Notes: generated from the letters alone by a model not told the origin. A stretch of DNA of 61,724 nucleotides from a bacterium (GCA_021802045.1 JAKABB010000005.1:1-61724); one strand, 5' to 3'. Positions 19,410 to 29,803 are shown, numbered from the stretch's first letter. Program-made: numbers and translations.

Positions 19410-19736
19410 TCAGCATACGTGCCGATCCCACCTGGGCGCCGGCGATACGGGTGGGGGCCCGCGGGCCCCCACCCCCGGAAAAATCATCCCAGTGGGGGAT
19501 GCCGGATCGGGTGGCGGCGGCTACGGTTGAGGAGCTGTCGGGGTGGCGCTCCGATTGGTGGTGCGCCGGCCACCCGAGCCGGGTCCGTGGAGCACGACCG
19601 CCGTCCCCACCGTGACCGTGCCGGGAGGGTCGGTTCTCCCCTCACCGCCGCGGGTCCGCTCGTGAGCCCGCCCCATCGGCCGGTCCGGGCCCGCGGCGGC
19701 GCGGTGCGGGTTCCGGACCGCGGTCGCCGCGGCGGT

Positions 19737-20465
19737 TCAGACCACGAAGACCTGGACCTCGCCGTCAGGCATCACCCGGCTGCGCAGGCGCGGGAGTGGC
19801 GGCAGGCCGCTCGGATAGGCCCCCGGCCACGCGGTCCCGGCGTAGGCGCCGCTCCGCGCGAAGCGGGCGCCGTGGCAGGGGCAGACGAACACCCGCTCGG
19901 TGGCCGCCCAGCCCACGCGGCAGCCGAGGTGGGTGCAGATCGCAGAGAGGGCGGCGATGCCGCCGCCGCGCTCCCGGACCAGGACGCCGGCGATCGCTCC
20001 CGCCACGAACGGCACCGGGTGGTCGGCGGTGATGGCCTCGACGTGGGCGATCCCCTGCCACCGGCCCTGGTCCGGCACCAGGGGCCCTTGGTCGATGGGC
20101 GTGGGCGCGGCCGGGTGCCCGGGCAGCAGCTCGCCCAGGAGCGCGCCCGACACCCCGGCCGCCACCGCCACCCCCGTCCCGGCCAGCCACTGCCGCCGGG
20201 ACCAGGTCTGACCTCGGCCCGGGTGGCCGACCGCGGGGTCCTCGCCGCGGCCGCCGCCCAGCTCGCGGTCGATCAGCCGGTGCAGCCGGCGGGTGAACGC
20301 CGGCCGGGGGGTGGTGGCGCCCGGGCGCTGACCGGCCAGGGCCGCGGCCAGTTGGTGCGGCCGCGGGTCGCCGGCGGCTCCCGGGGGCGCGGGCTGGCCG
20401 CGCTGGTCCGAGAGGAGACGGTCGGTGGCCGCCTCCAGGGCGCGGTCCTCGTCCGGGCCCGTCAC
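19737..20465 (-). CDS. Rieske [2Fe-2S] membrane protein with N-terminal anti-sigma-like extension
   Basis: CTHLGC..CPCHG; internal SRRQWL followed by a TM helix; GTGA overlap with the sigma gene. Confidence 0.85.
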   Translation of the reverse strand: MTGPDEDRALEAATDRLLSDQRGQPAPPGAAGDPRPHQLAAALAGQRPGATTPRPAFTRRLHRLIDRELGGGRGEDPAVGHPGRGQTWSRRQWLAGTGVAVAAGVSGALLGELLPGHPAAPTPIDQGPLVPDQGRWQGIAHVEAITADHPVPFVAGAIAGVLVRERGGGIAALSAICTHLGCRVGWAATERVFVCPCHGARFARSGAYAGTAWPGAYPSGLPPLPRLRSRVMPDGEVQVFVV

Positions 20466-21055
20466 GGCAGGACCTCCCGGAGGCTGGCCGCTCGCCGCAG
20501 GGCCCGCAGCTGCAGGACCCGCACGTTGCCGGGTCGGATCCCCATCCCCTTGGCGGTGTCGCGGACCGAGCGCCCCTCCAGGAAGCGCAGCTCCAGCACC
20601 CGCCGGTAGTTCTCGGGGAGGGCCGCCAGGAGCGTCCGCACCCGCTGGGCCGCGGCGGGCTCGCCGTCCGGCTCCGGGGGGCCGTCGCCGGGGTCCGTCA
20701 GTTCCAGCGGGCCGGCGTCGAGCGGGGCCGGGGCCTCGCTGTAGAGCCGGCTCCAGTGCTCGGCCAGGACCGCCCGGGCGATGGTGAAGAGCAGCCCGCG
20801 CACCCGCTCCGGGTCCAGCGGCTGCCGGCCGCGCAGCGCTCGCAGGAAGGCCTCCGCGGTGAGGTCCTCGGCGTCAGCGGCGCTGCCGACGCGGCGGGCG
20901 ATGAAGGCGTAGATCGCCGGGGCCTCAACCCGGTAGGCCGCGGCCAGCACCCGCTGGCGCGCGACCGCCGGCCCGTCCGGTGGGGCGGCCTCCAAGGACT
21001 CCCCCGGCGGGGGTGGGCCGGTCGACATCCCCGAGGGGCGCGGCTCAGCCGCCAT
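20462..21055 (-). CDS. ECF sigma-70 factor
   Basis: DAEDLTAEAFLRAL region 2; LPENYRRVLELRFLEGRSVRDTAKGMG..NVRVLQLRAL region 4. Confidence 0.92.
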   Translation of the reverse strand: MAAEPRPSGMSTGPPPPGESLEAAPPDGPAVARQRVLAAAYRVEAPAIYAFIARRVGSAADAEDLTAEAFLRALRGRQPLDPERVRGLLFTIARAVLAEHWSRLYSEAPAPLDAGPLELTDPGDGPPEPDGEPAAAQRVRTLLAALPENYRRVLELRFLEGRSVRDTAKGMGIRPGNVRVLQLRALRRAASLREVLP

Positions 21056-21065
21056 GCACCGCCCT

Positions 21066-21130
21066 CATGCCTTGTCCTTCCCGGCAGGTTACACCGCGGC
21101 CCCGTAACGCTCGGGGGAATACCAGGGTGA
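21066..21130. promoter_or_regulatory. Back-to-back candidate ECF promoters
   Basis: Minus strand TGTAAC-16 bp-GGCATG; plus strand CGTAAC-16 bp-GGGTGA. Confidence 0.45.
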
Positions 21131-21173
21131 GCGTCGGATGGACCTTCGCCGCCCCGATTCTGGAGGCATGCCC

Positions 21174-21659
21174 ATGTGGCACCGAGCGATGCATCGACTC
21201 CTTCCCGTGAGCGTGGCCGGCTGCGCCCTGGCCCTGGCCGCCTGCGGCGCCTCGACCGCCAGCCCCGTCGCCCACCACCACGGGGCCGCCAGCCCCAACA
21301 CCCAGCCCGCCGCCGCCAGCAGCTGCCACCTGGCCGTGGCGATCACCACCGCGGCCGGCACCACCTGGGGGACCGTGACCGCGACCTACGGCTCGACCAC
21401 GGACACCTTCACCGCCCCGGCGAGAACGATCGCCGTCCCCTGCGGGACCACGGTCACGCTCTCGCAGACCGCGACCAGCACCACCACCTGGCCCTTTGCC
21501 CACTGGACCGTGCCGAGCGGAACGGTGAAGGGGTCCACCACCACCGTGGATGTGGCCTCGGGGACCGTCCACGCCACCGCGGTCTACGCCCTGGCCGGGG
21601 CGGCGGCTTCGGGCAGTGGCTCCAGCTCATCGGGGGGCAGCTCCGGCTGGTCCGGGTAG
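21174..21659 (+). CDS. Thr/Ser-rich lipoprotein
   Basis: Signal peptide with lipobox LAAC; GGAGG RBS; beta-rich body with two further Cys. Confidence 0.75.
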   Translation: MWHRAMHRLLPVSVAGCALALAACGASTASPVAHHHGAASPNTQPAAASSCHLAVAITTAAGTTWGTVTATYGSTTDTFTAPARTIAVPCGTTVTLSQTATSTTTWPFAHWTVPSGTVKGSTTTVDVASGTVHATAVYALAGAAASGSGSSSSGGSSGWSG

Positions 21660-21783
21660 CGCCGGCCCGGCGCCGACCCCATACACTCGGAGCCGCGAGG
21701 GGACGGAGCTCGGGGCCCTCCTCCCTGGATGCCGGTAACTGGCCGTGCCGCGTGGACGGGCCCGGATGGATGCGGAGGGCGTC

Positions 21784-22839
21784 ATGCGGGCCATCTACGC
21801 GACCAGGGGCGGTGGTGACGACCCACTGGCCAACCTGGAGATCGGCGAGCGACCGGTCCCCGACCCGCCCCCGGGCTTCGCCCGGGTCCGGGTGACCGCG
21901 TCCTCCCTCAACCGCCACGACCTCTGGACCCTGCAGGGGGTCACCGGGGAGCCGATCACCTTCCCGCGCATCCTGGGCTGCGACGTGGCGGGGACGGTCG
22001 ACGCCTACGGGCCGCAGACCCCCGAGACCTTCCCGCCGGGAACACCGGTGGTGGCCCACAGTCTCATCACCTGCGGACGCTGCGAGGCGTGCCTGGGTCC
22101 GGACGAGACCCTGTGCCAGCATTTCGCCATCCTCAGCGACGGACCCTACGAGGGGACCCTGGCCGAGTACACCCTGGTGCCCGCCGCCAACCTGTTCCTC
22201 CTCCCCCCCCAGTTCACCGACGCCGAGGCCGCCTGCCTGCCGACGGCGTACCTCACCGCCTTCCGGATGCTGTTCGGCCGGGCCCGGGTCCGGCCCGGCG
22301 ACACCGTCCTGATCCAGGGGGCGGGCGGTGGGGTGGCCACGGCGGCGGAGGCGATCGCCCGCCTGGCCGGGATGCGGGTGATCGTCACCAGCCGGGACGC
22401 CACCCGTCGGCAGGCCGCCCTGGCCCGGGGGGCGCACCACGCCGTCGAGACCGGCCGCGCGGCGGCCGGCGAGATCCTCGGCCTGACCGCCGGCCGGGGC
22501 GTGGACGCGGTCCTAGAGACCGTCGGCGAGGCGACCTGGGCCACCAGCCTGCGGGCGGTCCGGCCCGGGGGGACGATCGTGGTCGCGGGCGCCACCACCG
22601 GGGCCAACCCCAAGGCCGACCTCGCCCGGATCTTCTGGCGCCAGCTCACCGTGATGGGCTCCACCATGGGCAGCCGGGCCGAGTTCGCGGCGCTGCTGCG
22701 CTTCGCCGAGGTCAGCGGCCTGACCCCGATGGTGGACTCGGTGGTGCCCATGGACCAGGCTCCCGCCGCCTTCCGGCGGCTGGCGGAGGGGACGGCCCTG
22801 GGCAAGCTGGTCGTGCGGATCGCCCCCCAGCCCCGGTAG
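21784..22839 (+). CDS. Zinc-binding medium-chain dehydrogenase/reductase
   Basis: SSLNRHDLW, ILGCDVAG, CGRCEAC..C, GAGGGVA, GSTMG. Confidence 0.92.
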   Translation: MRAIYATRGGGDDPLANLEIGERPVPDPPPGFARVRVTASSLNRHDLWTLQGVTGEPITFPRILGCDVAGTVDAYGPQTPETFPPGTPVVAHSLITCGRCEACLGPDETLCQHFAILSDGPYEGTLAEYTLVPAANLFLLPPQFTDAEAACLPTAYLTAFRMLFGRARVRPGDTVLIQGAGGGVATAAEAIARLAGMRVIVTSRDATRRQAALARGAHHAVETGRAAAGEILGLTAGRGVDAVLETVGEATWATSLRAVRPGGTIVVAGATTGANPKADLARIFWRQLTVMGSTMGSRAEFAALLRFAEVSGLTPMVDSVVPMDQAPAAFRRLAEGTALGKLVVRIAPQPR

Positions 22840-22905
22840 GCGCCCCCGGCGGCGCCGGACACCTCGGGACGGGGTCAGCCCGGCCGCCGGACAAGGCGGG
22901 GTCGC

Positions 22906-22968
22906 TTGACCCCCGGGGGTCGTCCGCCTATGATGCATAAGGAATCGTTTATCAAACAGTCCTTTATC
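22906..22968 (+). promoter_or_regulatory. Sigma70-type promoter and AT-rich candidate ArsR operator
   Basis: TTGACC-17 bp-TATGAT followed by ATAAGGAATCGTTTATCAAACAGTCCTTTAT. Confidence 0.7.
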
Positions 22969-22975
22969 TGAAACC

Positions 22976-23386
22976 TTGCTGAACTCACCACCGCGCCGCC
23001 ATGTCCTGCCCCGGGCGCTGGCCGCCGTCCCGGACGGTGACCTGGCCGCTCCGTTCGAGAGCCTGGGGAACCCCACCCGCCTGCGCATCGTGGAGCGGCT
23101 GGCGGCCACCCGAGAGGTGAGGGTCTCGGACCTTGCGCTCCAGCTGGGCGTCAGCCAGCCACGGCTCTCGTGGCACCTGCGGCTCCTGCGCCGCAGCCGC
23201 ATCGTCACCACGCGCCGCGAGGGCCGCGAGGTCCTGTGCCGGCTCGATCGCGAAGCCATCCTCGACCATCTGGGCCGCTTCCGGGCGCTCATCGATGGTC
23301 GGCTGTCCATCGACCCCACCCCGTCTCCGGCCGCGGTGCTCGGGGTGCCCACGCGGGAGAACCCGCTGCCGGAGGTGTTGCCATGA
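22976..23386 (+). CDS. ArsR/SmtB-family regulator
   Basis: [31 protein letters not shown]. Confidence 0.9.
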   Translation: MLNSPPRRHVLPRALAAVPDGDLAAPFESLGNPTRLRIVERLAATREVRVSDLALQLGVSQPRLSWHLRLLRRSRIVTTRREGREVLCRLDREAILDHLGRFRALIDGRLSIDPTPSPAAVLGVPTRENPLPEVLP

Positions 23387-24612
23387 GTCAGAAGGTCCGG
23401 GTCGCCGTCATCGGGGTCGGCAACTGCGCGTCCTCCCTGGTCCAGGGTGTCGAGTACTACCGCCACGCCGAACCCGGGGATTTCGTGCCCGGCCTGATGC
23501 ACGTCGACCTCGGCGGCTACCACATCAGCGACATCGAGTTCTCGGCGGCCTTCGACATCGACAAGGAGAAGGTCGGCCGCGACCTCGGGGAGGCGATCGG
23601 CCGGGGCCAGAACAACACCGTCACCTTCGCCACCGTGGGTCAGCTGGGGGTGCCGGTGCACCGTGGCATGACCCACGACGGGCTCGGCAAGTACCTGTCC
23701 GAGGTGATCGAGAAGGCCCCCGGCCCCACCGCGGACATCGTCAGGATCCTCAAGGACACGGGCACCGACGTGGTGGTGAACTACCTCCCGGTGGGCTCGG
23801 AGATGGCCACCAAGTGGTACGCCGAGCAGATCCTGGAGGCGGGCTGCGCCATGGTCAACTGCATGCCGGTCTTCCTGGCCCGCGAGGACTACTGGCAGGA
23901 GCGTTTCCGGCAGCACAACCTGCCGATCATCGGGGACGACATCAAGTCCCAGGTGGGCGCCACCATCATCCACCGGGTGCTGGCCCGCCTCTTCCGCGAG
24001 CGCGGGGTCAAGCTGGAGCACACCTACCAGCTGAACTTCGGGGGCAACACCGACTTCCTCAACATGCTGGAGCGCGAGCGGCTGGTCAGCAAGAAGATCA
24101 GCAAGACCAACTCGGTCCTCTCCCAGCTCGACCACCCCATGGCCAAGGAGGACGTCCACATCGGGCCCTCCGACTACGTGCCCTGGCTGCGGGACCGCAA
24201 GTGGGCCCACATCCGCCTGGAGGGCCGGTCGTTCGGCGACGTGCCGCTGAACGTCGACCTCAAGCTCGAGGTGCACGACTCCCCCAACTCGGCCGGCATC
24301 GTCATCGACGCCGTCCGCTGCTGCAAGCTGGGTCTCGACCGCGGGCTCTCCGGGGCCCTGGAGGGCCCGTCGGCCTACTTCATGAAGTCCCCGCCCATCC
24401 AGGTGGCGGACCCGGTGGCGCGGGACCTGACCGAAGCCTTCATCGCCGGCCGGGTCGGCGCCGACTGCCTCAGCGGGCGTGGGCCCGCCGGTGCCACCGG
24501 CGGGCCGGTGGCACCGGCGTTGGCCCCCGCCACCAACGGGGCCAGCGATGGTCACGGTGCGGAGCTGGACCGCCGCGCCGGCGCCGAGGCCACCGCGGGC
24601 GCCGGGGGATGA
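23383..24612 (+). CDS. ino1: myo-inositol-1-phosphate synthase
   Basis: [60 protein letters not shown]. Confidence 0.97.
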   Translation: MSQKVRVAVIGVGNCASSLVQGVEYYRHAEPGDFVPGLMHVDLGGYHISDIEFSAAFDIDKEKVGRDLGEAIGRGQNNTVTFATVGQLGVPVHRGMTHDGLGKYLSEVIEKAPGPTADIVRILKDTGTDVVVNYLPVGSEMATKWYAEQILEAGCAMVNCMPVFLAREDYWQERFRQHNLPIIGDDIKSQVGATIIHRVLARLFRERGVKLEHTYQLNFGGNTDFLNMLERERLVSKKISKTNSVLSQLDHPMAKEDVHIGPSDYVPWLRDRKWAHIRLEGRSFGDVPLNVDLKLEVHDSPNSAGIVIDAVRCCKLGLDRGLSGALEGPSAYFMKSPPIQVADPVARDLTEAFIAGRVGADCLSGRGPAGATGGPVAPALAPATNGASDGHGAELDRRAGAEATAGAGG

Positions 24613-24636
24613 CCCTATGGGCGCGACCCCGCCGCC

Positions 24637-25641
24637 GTGCCCGCTGAACTCGTCGCTGGCCCGGTGGGAGCGCCGATGACCGTCGCCAGCCAGCGCCGCC
24701 CCGCATCACCCGGTCCGGTGCCGTCGCCGGGGCGCCGGCTGGGCCGCTGGGTGGCCCGCGGGGGCCCCACGGCCCTGGGGCTCCAGCTCGCGGAGCTGGT
24801 GGCGGACCGCGTGCCGGTCCCGGTCCGCTACGGGCTCGCCGACCTCGGCGGGTGGGCCGCATACCACCTGCTGTCGGACCGCGCCGCCGTCACCCGGGCC
24901 AACTTCCGCGCCGTCCTGGGGCCGGGCCGGCCGCCCCAGGTGGTGGATCAGGTGGCCCGTCGCGCCTTCCAGAACTACGGTCGCACCGTGGTCGACTTCC
25001 TGGTCCTGGAGCAGCTCGTCGCCGACCTCCGCCGTCGGGGGGCCCTCACCGGCGCCGACCACTTGGAGGCGGCGCTGGCCGAGGGCTGCGGGGCGCTCCT
25101 GGTCAGCGCCCACTTCGGGAGCTGGGACCTGGGCGCCGCCTCGGCGGCCCTCACCGGCCACCCGGTGCACACCCTGGCAGACCCCTTCGGCCCCCCCGCG
25201 GTCGACGAGCGTGTCCGCCGGGCCCGGGAGCGCCTCGGTGTCCACGTGCTCGACCCCGGGCCGGCCGGGGTGCGGGCCGCCCTGCGGGTGCTGCGGCGCA
25301 ATGAGATCCTGGCCCTGGCCGCCGACCTGGACCCCGGGACCGGGGGGGTCGTGGTCCCGTTCTTCGGCCGGCCGGCGGCGATCCCCGCTGGGCCGGCGGC
25401 GCTGGCCCTGCGCACCGGAGCCCCGATCGTGGCCGGGTACATCTGGCGCGACCGGGACGGGCGCTATCAGGGGATCGTCGAGCCCCCCATCCGCCCCGAC
25501 GCCACCGCCGACCGGGCGGCGGAGACCGAGCGGCTCACGGCAGCCGTGGTCGCCAGCTTCGAGCGCGTCATCCGACGGGCGCCGGACCAGTGGTCGATCT
25601 TCCGCCCCATCTGGCGGGCCGCGGCCGAGGCGGTCGGATGA
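24637..25641 (+). CDS. PatA/LpxL-like lipid acyltransferase (copy 1)
   Basis: HFGSWD (HxxxxD), VPFFGRPA..PAGPAALA, PDQW. Confidence 0.85.
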   Translation: MPAELVAGPVGAPMTVASQRRPASPGPVPSPGRRLGRWVARGGPTALGLQLAELVADRVPVPVRYGLADLGGWAAYHLLSDRAAVTRANFRAVLGPGRPPQVVDQVARRAFQNYGRTVVDFLVLEQLVADLRRRGALTGADHLEAALAEGCGALLVSAHFGSWDLGAASAALTGHPVHTLADPFGPPAVDERVRRARERLGVHVLDPGPAGVRAALRVLRRNEILALAADLDPGTGGVVVPFFGRPAAIPAGPAALALRTGAPIVAGYIWRDRDGRYQGIVEPPIRPDATADRAAETERLTAAVVASFERVIRRAPDQWSIFRPIWRAAAEAVG

Positions 25642-26729
25642 GCGGCCAGTCCGCTCCCGGCCTTCGCCTGGTCCGCACCCGGCTGGCGGCCGCCCGCCGG
25701 CGCGTCCGGCCGGCGCCCGCCGCCGTCGCGACCTCCCCCGGGGAGTCCGTCCTGCCCTACCTTGGGCTGCGGGCCGCCGAGCTCGCCCTGCGCGGCCTCA
25801 GCCGGCGGGGCGCCTACCGGATGACCGGGCCCCTGGCCGCCGCCCTGACCCTCTGCTGGCCCGGCCACTGGGAGGGGCTGCGGGCCAACCTGGCGGTGGT
25901 GCGGCCGGAGCTGGACCGGCGCAGCCGGCGCCGGCTCCTGCGGGCCAACGTGGCCAACTTCCTCAAGGCCTGGATCGACGTCCTCCAGATGCCCCACCGG
26001 CCGATCGCGGACTGGCGGCCGTGGGTCACGGTGGAGGGGCTGGACCACCTGGAGGCGGCGCGGGCGGGCGGGCGCGGGGTGATCATGGTCAGCTGCCACC
26101 TGGGCGCCTGGGAGTCGGCCATCGTCTCGCTGCGGGATCACTTTCCCGAGCTGGCCCTGCTGGCGGAGCGGGTCCGGCCCATCCGCTGCTTCAACTGGCT
26201 GCGGCGCACCCGCATGCGCTCCGGCTGCCAGGTCATCCCGCTGGACGTGGACGCCACCCGGCGCGGGGACCTGGCCGCCGCCCAGCGCTCCGGGGCGGCC
26301 GCGGTGCGCGACATCTACCGGGTGCTGCGGCGGGGCGGGGTGGTGGTGATGGCCATCGACCGTGACCTGCTCGGGACCGGGGTGCCGATGCCCTTCTTCG
26401 GCCACCGGGTCTCGGTCCCGCTGGGAGCGGCCACCATCGCCGCCCGCACCGGAGCGGCGCTGCTCCCGGTGGTGGTGCTGCGGCAGCCGGACGACAGCTA
26501 CCTGGCCCGCGGCTACCCCCCGGTCTGGATCCCGCCCACGGGCCCCGACCCGGCCGCCGCCGACCAGGCGGCGCGGACCGCCAGCGGGGAGCTGCTGCGG
26601 TCGATGGAGCCGCTGCTGCGCCACCACGCCGACCAGTGGCATGTGCTCAGCCCGCTCTTCGGGCCGCCGATGGAGGCGGGGCCCCCGGCCCGGGCCCCGC
26701 GCTCGCCCGCGGAGGAGCGGGCATGCTGA
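25638..26729 (+). CDS. PatA/LpxL-like lipid acyltransferase (copy 2)
   Basis: HLGAWE, IDRDL..GVPMPFFG, DQWH. Confidence 0.85.
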   Translation: MSGQSAPGLRLVRTRLAAARRRVRPAPAAVATSPGESVLPYLGLRAAELALRGLSRRGAYRMTGPLAAALTLCWPGHWEGLRANLAVVRPELDRRSRRRLLRANVANFLKAWIDVLQMPHRPIADWRPWVTVEGLDHLEAARAGGRGVIMVSCHLGAWESAIVSLRDHFPELALLAERVRPIRCFNWLRRTRMRSGCQVIPLDVDATRRGDLAAAQRSGAAAVRDIYRVLRRGGVVVMAIDRDLLGTGVPMPFFGHRVSVPLGAATIAARTGAALLPVVVLRQPDDSYLARGYPPVWIPPTGPDPAAADQAARTASGELLRSMEPLLRHHADQWHVLSPLFGPPMEAGPPARAPRSPAEERAC

Positions 26730-27901
26730 AGGTGGGTCTGGTCTCCGCGTACGATGCCACCCGGCCGGGCGGCGTCGGCGAGCACGTCCGTCACCTCGCC
26801 GAGGAGCTGCGGGCGCGCGGCCACGGGGTTCGGATCCTGGCGCCCGCCTCCGACAGCGAGCACGCCGCCGCCATCGAAGGCCTGGTGCCGCTGGGGCGGG
26901 CCCTGCCGGTCCCGGCCAACGGCTCCATCGCCCGGATCTCCCTGAGCTTCCACCTCGCCCGCCGCATCCGCCGGACGCTGGACCAGGAGCGCTTCGACGT
27001 CCTGCACTTCCACGAGCCGCTGATGCCGGCGCTGCCAGTGACCGCGCTGCGCCTCAACCGCCACGGGGTCAATGTCGGCACCTTCCACGCCTACGCGCGC
27101 CAGAACCTGGGCTACTACTACGGCCGGCCGATCCTGCGCCGCCTCTTCCGCCGTCTCGATGCCTGCATCGCGGTCTCCGAGCCCGCCCGCACCTTCGTCA
27201 ACCGCTACTTCCCGGCCGACTACCACGTGATCCCCAACGGGGTCGACGTGTCCCGCTTCCGCCCCGGCCTGGAGCCCGCGGCCGACGTGCGCCGGGCCGG
27301 CCGACAGACGCTGCTGTTCGTGGGCCGGCTGGAGGATCGAAAAGGGCTGGCCACCCTCCTGGAGGCCTACGGGCTGCTCCGGCAGGTGCGGACCGACTGC
27401 CAGCTGGTGGTGGTCGGCGACGGCCCGCTGCGGCTGGGCTACGAGCGCTGGGTGGAGGAGGAGGGGATCCCCGACGTCCGCTTCCTGGGCTACGTGCCCG
27501 AGGCGGCCAAGCCGGCCACCTTCGCCGCCGCCGACATCTTCTGCGCCCCCAACTACGGCAAGGAGTCGTTCGGCATCATCCTCCTGGAGGCGATGGCCAG
27601 CGGCCGGCCGGTGGTGGCCACCGCCATCGACGGCTTCCGCCAGGTGATGCGCGACGGCCAGGAGGGCCGGCTGGTGCCGCCGCACGATGCCGGTGCCCTG
27701 GCCGGGGCGCTGCGCGAGCTCCTCGACGACGCGGCCGCCCGGCAGCGGATGGGCGCCGCCGGCCACCGGACGGCCCAGCAGTACCGCTGGGCGCGGGTGA
27801 CAGACCAGGTCCTTGGGGTCTACGCCGCCGCCCGCGCGGCCGCCGCCCCCCCCTCACAGGTGTCCTCCCTTGTTCAGCAGCCGGCTCCAGAGCTTCGTTA
27901 G
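26723..27901 (+). CDS. pimA: GT4 glycosyltransferase, phosphatidylinositol mannosyltransferase PimA-like
   Basis: PGGVGEHV, VPANGSIARI, DVLHFHEP, GTFH, ESFGIILLEAMA; inositol-lipid operon context. Confidence 0.8.
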   Translation: MLKVGLVSAYDATRPGGVGEHVRHLAEELRARGHGVRILAPASDSEHAAAIEGLVPLGRALPVPANGSIARISLSFHLARRIRRTLDQERFDVLHFHEPLMPALPVTALRLNRHGVNVGTFHAYARQNLGYYYGRPILRRLFRRLDACIAVSEPARTFVNRYFPADYHVIPNGVDVSRFRPGLEPAADVRRAGRQTLLFVGRLEDRKGLATLLEAYGLLRQVRTDCQLVVVGDGPLRLGYERWVEEEGIPDVRFLGYVPEAAKPATFAAADIFCAPNYGKESFGIILLEAMASGRPVVATAIDGFRQVMRDGQEGRLVPPHDAGALAGALRELLDDAAARQRMGAAGHRTAQQYRWARVTDQVLGVYAAARAAAAPPSQVSSLVQQPAPELR

Positions 27902-28568
27902 GCGGGGCGCGGCGCGCCTCGCCGCCGCCCTCGGCTTCCTGCGCCTCAGCCCCAATGCGGTGACCCTGATCGGGCTCGGGGTCACGGTGGTGGGGGCGGT
28001 CCTGATCGCCCTCGACCAGCTGTGGCCGGCGGGGCTGGTCCTGCTGCTGGCGGGCTCCTTCGACATCCTCGACGGGGCGGTGGCCCGGGTGACCGGGAAG
28101 ATGCACCGCTACGGCGCCTTCCTGGACAGCACCGCCGACCGCTACGGCGAGGGGGTCACCTATCTCGGGCTGCTGTACCTCCTGCTGGTGCGGGACCACC
28201 GCCAGCTGGAACCGTTCCTGGTGGCGGCGGCGCTGGCCGGGTCGTTCCTGGTCAGCTACGTGCGGGCCCGCGCCCAGTCGCTGGGGTTCTCGTGCGACGG
28301 CGGCTGGTTCGCCCGCCCCGAGCGCATCGTCGTCACCGCCCTCGGGCTGCTCACCGGCCAGCTGACCATCATGCTCTGGGTGCTGGCGCTGGCCACCAAC
28401 CTCACCGCCGGGCAGCGCATCCGCGAGGTCTGGCAGCAGCACCGCGCCCAGCTCGCCGCCGAGAGCGCGGGGGGGGACGCCGCCGCGGAGGCCACCGCCG
28501 GCCGCGACCCGTCGTCGCCCACCGGGCGCTCGTCGCCGGCCTCGCTGGCTGAGCCTCGCGCCCTGTAG
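27870..28568 (+). CDS. pgsA: CDP-alcohol phosphatidyltransferase (phosphatidylinositol phosphate synthase-like)
   Basis: SPNAVT, DILDGAVAR..G.FLDSTADR, VSYVRARAQ, RPER. Confidence 0.88.
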   Translation: MFSSRLQSFVRRGAARLAAALGFLRLSPNAVTLIGLGVTVVGAVLIALDQLWPAGLVLLLAGSFDILDGAVARVTGKMHRYGAFLDSTADRYGEGVTYLGLLYLLLVRDHRQLEPFLVAAALAGSFLVSYVRARAQSLGFSCDGGWFARPERIVVTALGLLTGQLTIMLWVLALATNLTAGQRIREVWQQHRAQLAAESAGGDAAAEATAGRDPSSPTGRSSPASLAEPRAL

Positions 28569-28633
28569 CCGCGGGCCCGGCCGCGGCCACCAGCGAGGCC
28601 CCCTCGGCAGCGGCGCCCCTGAGTCGCCGCCTG

Positions 28634-29803
28634 GTGGGGCTGATGGCCGTCGCGGCCGGGCTGGTGGTGGCCAACCTCTACTACGCCCAGCCGCTCCTGG
28701 CCCAGATGGGCCGCGACTTCCACGTCGGTCCCGGGCGCGCCGGCCTGCTGGTGACGGTGACCCAGGCCGGGTTCACCGCCGGGCTGCTCTTCCTCGTGCC
28801 CCTGGGCGACCGCCTGGAGCGCCGGGGCCTGATCACCGGGGTCCTGTGGGGCACCGCCCTGGCCCTGGCGGTGCTGGGGAGTGCCCCCACCCTCCCGATC
28901 CTGCTGCTGGCGGCGGCGGCGGTCGGGTTGACCTCGGTCGCCGTCCAGATGCTGGTGCCCCTGGCCGCCGCCCTGGCCGCGGAGCGGGAGCGCGGCCGGG
29001 TGGTGGGCACGGTGATGAGCGGCCTCCTCCTCGGCGTGCTGGCCAGCCGCACCCTGGCGGGCCTGGTCGGCGGCGCCCTCTCCTGGCGGGCGGTCTACTG
29101 GCTGGCGGCCGGGGCCATGGTCGGGCTGGCCGTCGTCCTCCGGCGGGCCCTGCCCCGCAGTCGCCCGACGGTCGCCCTCTCCTACCCGAGATTGCTGCGG
29201 TCCCTGCCCGGGCTGCTGCGGGCCGAGCCCGTCCTGCGCTGGCGCACCCTCTACGGGATGGCCGGGTTCGCGGCCTTCAACGTCTTCTGGACGACCATGG
29301 CCTTCCTGCTCAGCCGGGCCCCGTACCGCTTCCCTCCGGCGGTCATCGGCCTCTTCGGGCTGGTCGGCGTGGTGGGGGCGCTGGCCGCCTCCGTGCTGGG
29401 TCGCGTCGCCGACCGTGGCTGGCAGCGCCCGGCCACCGGCGTGTGCCTGCTGCTGTTGGGCGTGGGCTACGGCCCGATCCTGCTCGGCGGGCACAGCGTC
29501 GTCTGGCTGGTGGTCGGCATCAGCCTGCTGGACTTCGGCGCCCAGGGGACCCACATCCTCAACCAGAGCCAGATCTACCGTCTCGATCCGCGGGCCCGCA
29601 GCCGGGTCACCACCGTCTACATGACCGGGTACTTCGCCGCGGGGGCGGCGGGCTCGGCCGCAGCCGCGCTCCTGTATTCGGCCGGCGGCTGGCCGGTGAT
29701 CTGCGCCCTGGGCGCCGGGTGCGGGGCCCTCGGGCTGGCGGGCTGGCTGGGGGAGGGGTGGTGGCGCCGGCTCAGCCGATCCAGCCCAGGACGTCGACCA
29801 TGA
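28634..29803 (+). CDS. MFS transporter
   Basis: VANLYYAQPLL, PLGDRLERR, GTVMSGLLLG; about 12 TM segments. Confidence 0.92.
   Translation: MGLMAVAAGLVVANLYYAQPLLAQMGRDFHVGPGRAGLLVTVTQAGFTAGLLFLVPLGDRLERRGLITGVLWGTALALAVLGSAPTLPILLLAAAAVGLTSVAVQMLVPLAAALAAERERGRVVGTVMSGLLLGVLASRTLAGLVGGALSWRAVYWLAAGAMVGLAVVLRRALPRSRPTVALSYPRLLRSLPGLLRAEPVLRWRTLYGMAGFAAFNVFWTTMAFLLSRAPYRFPPAVIGLFGLVGVVGALAASVLGRVADRGWQRPATGVCLLLLGVGYGPILLGGHSVVWLVVGISLLDFGAQGTHILNQSQIYRLDPRARSRVTTVYMTGYFAAGAAGSAAAALLYSAGGWPVICALGAGCGALGLAGWLGEGWWRRLSRSSPGRRP

Noticed and set aside
19737-20465. Cytochrome bc complex Rieske subunit
   Set aside because: No cytochrome b or c genes adjacent; coupled to a sigma factor instead
18093-20609. 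838-aa plus-strand ORF
   Set aside because: Antisense to the PucR, Rieske and sigma genes; G/R/A/P-rich with no family signal
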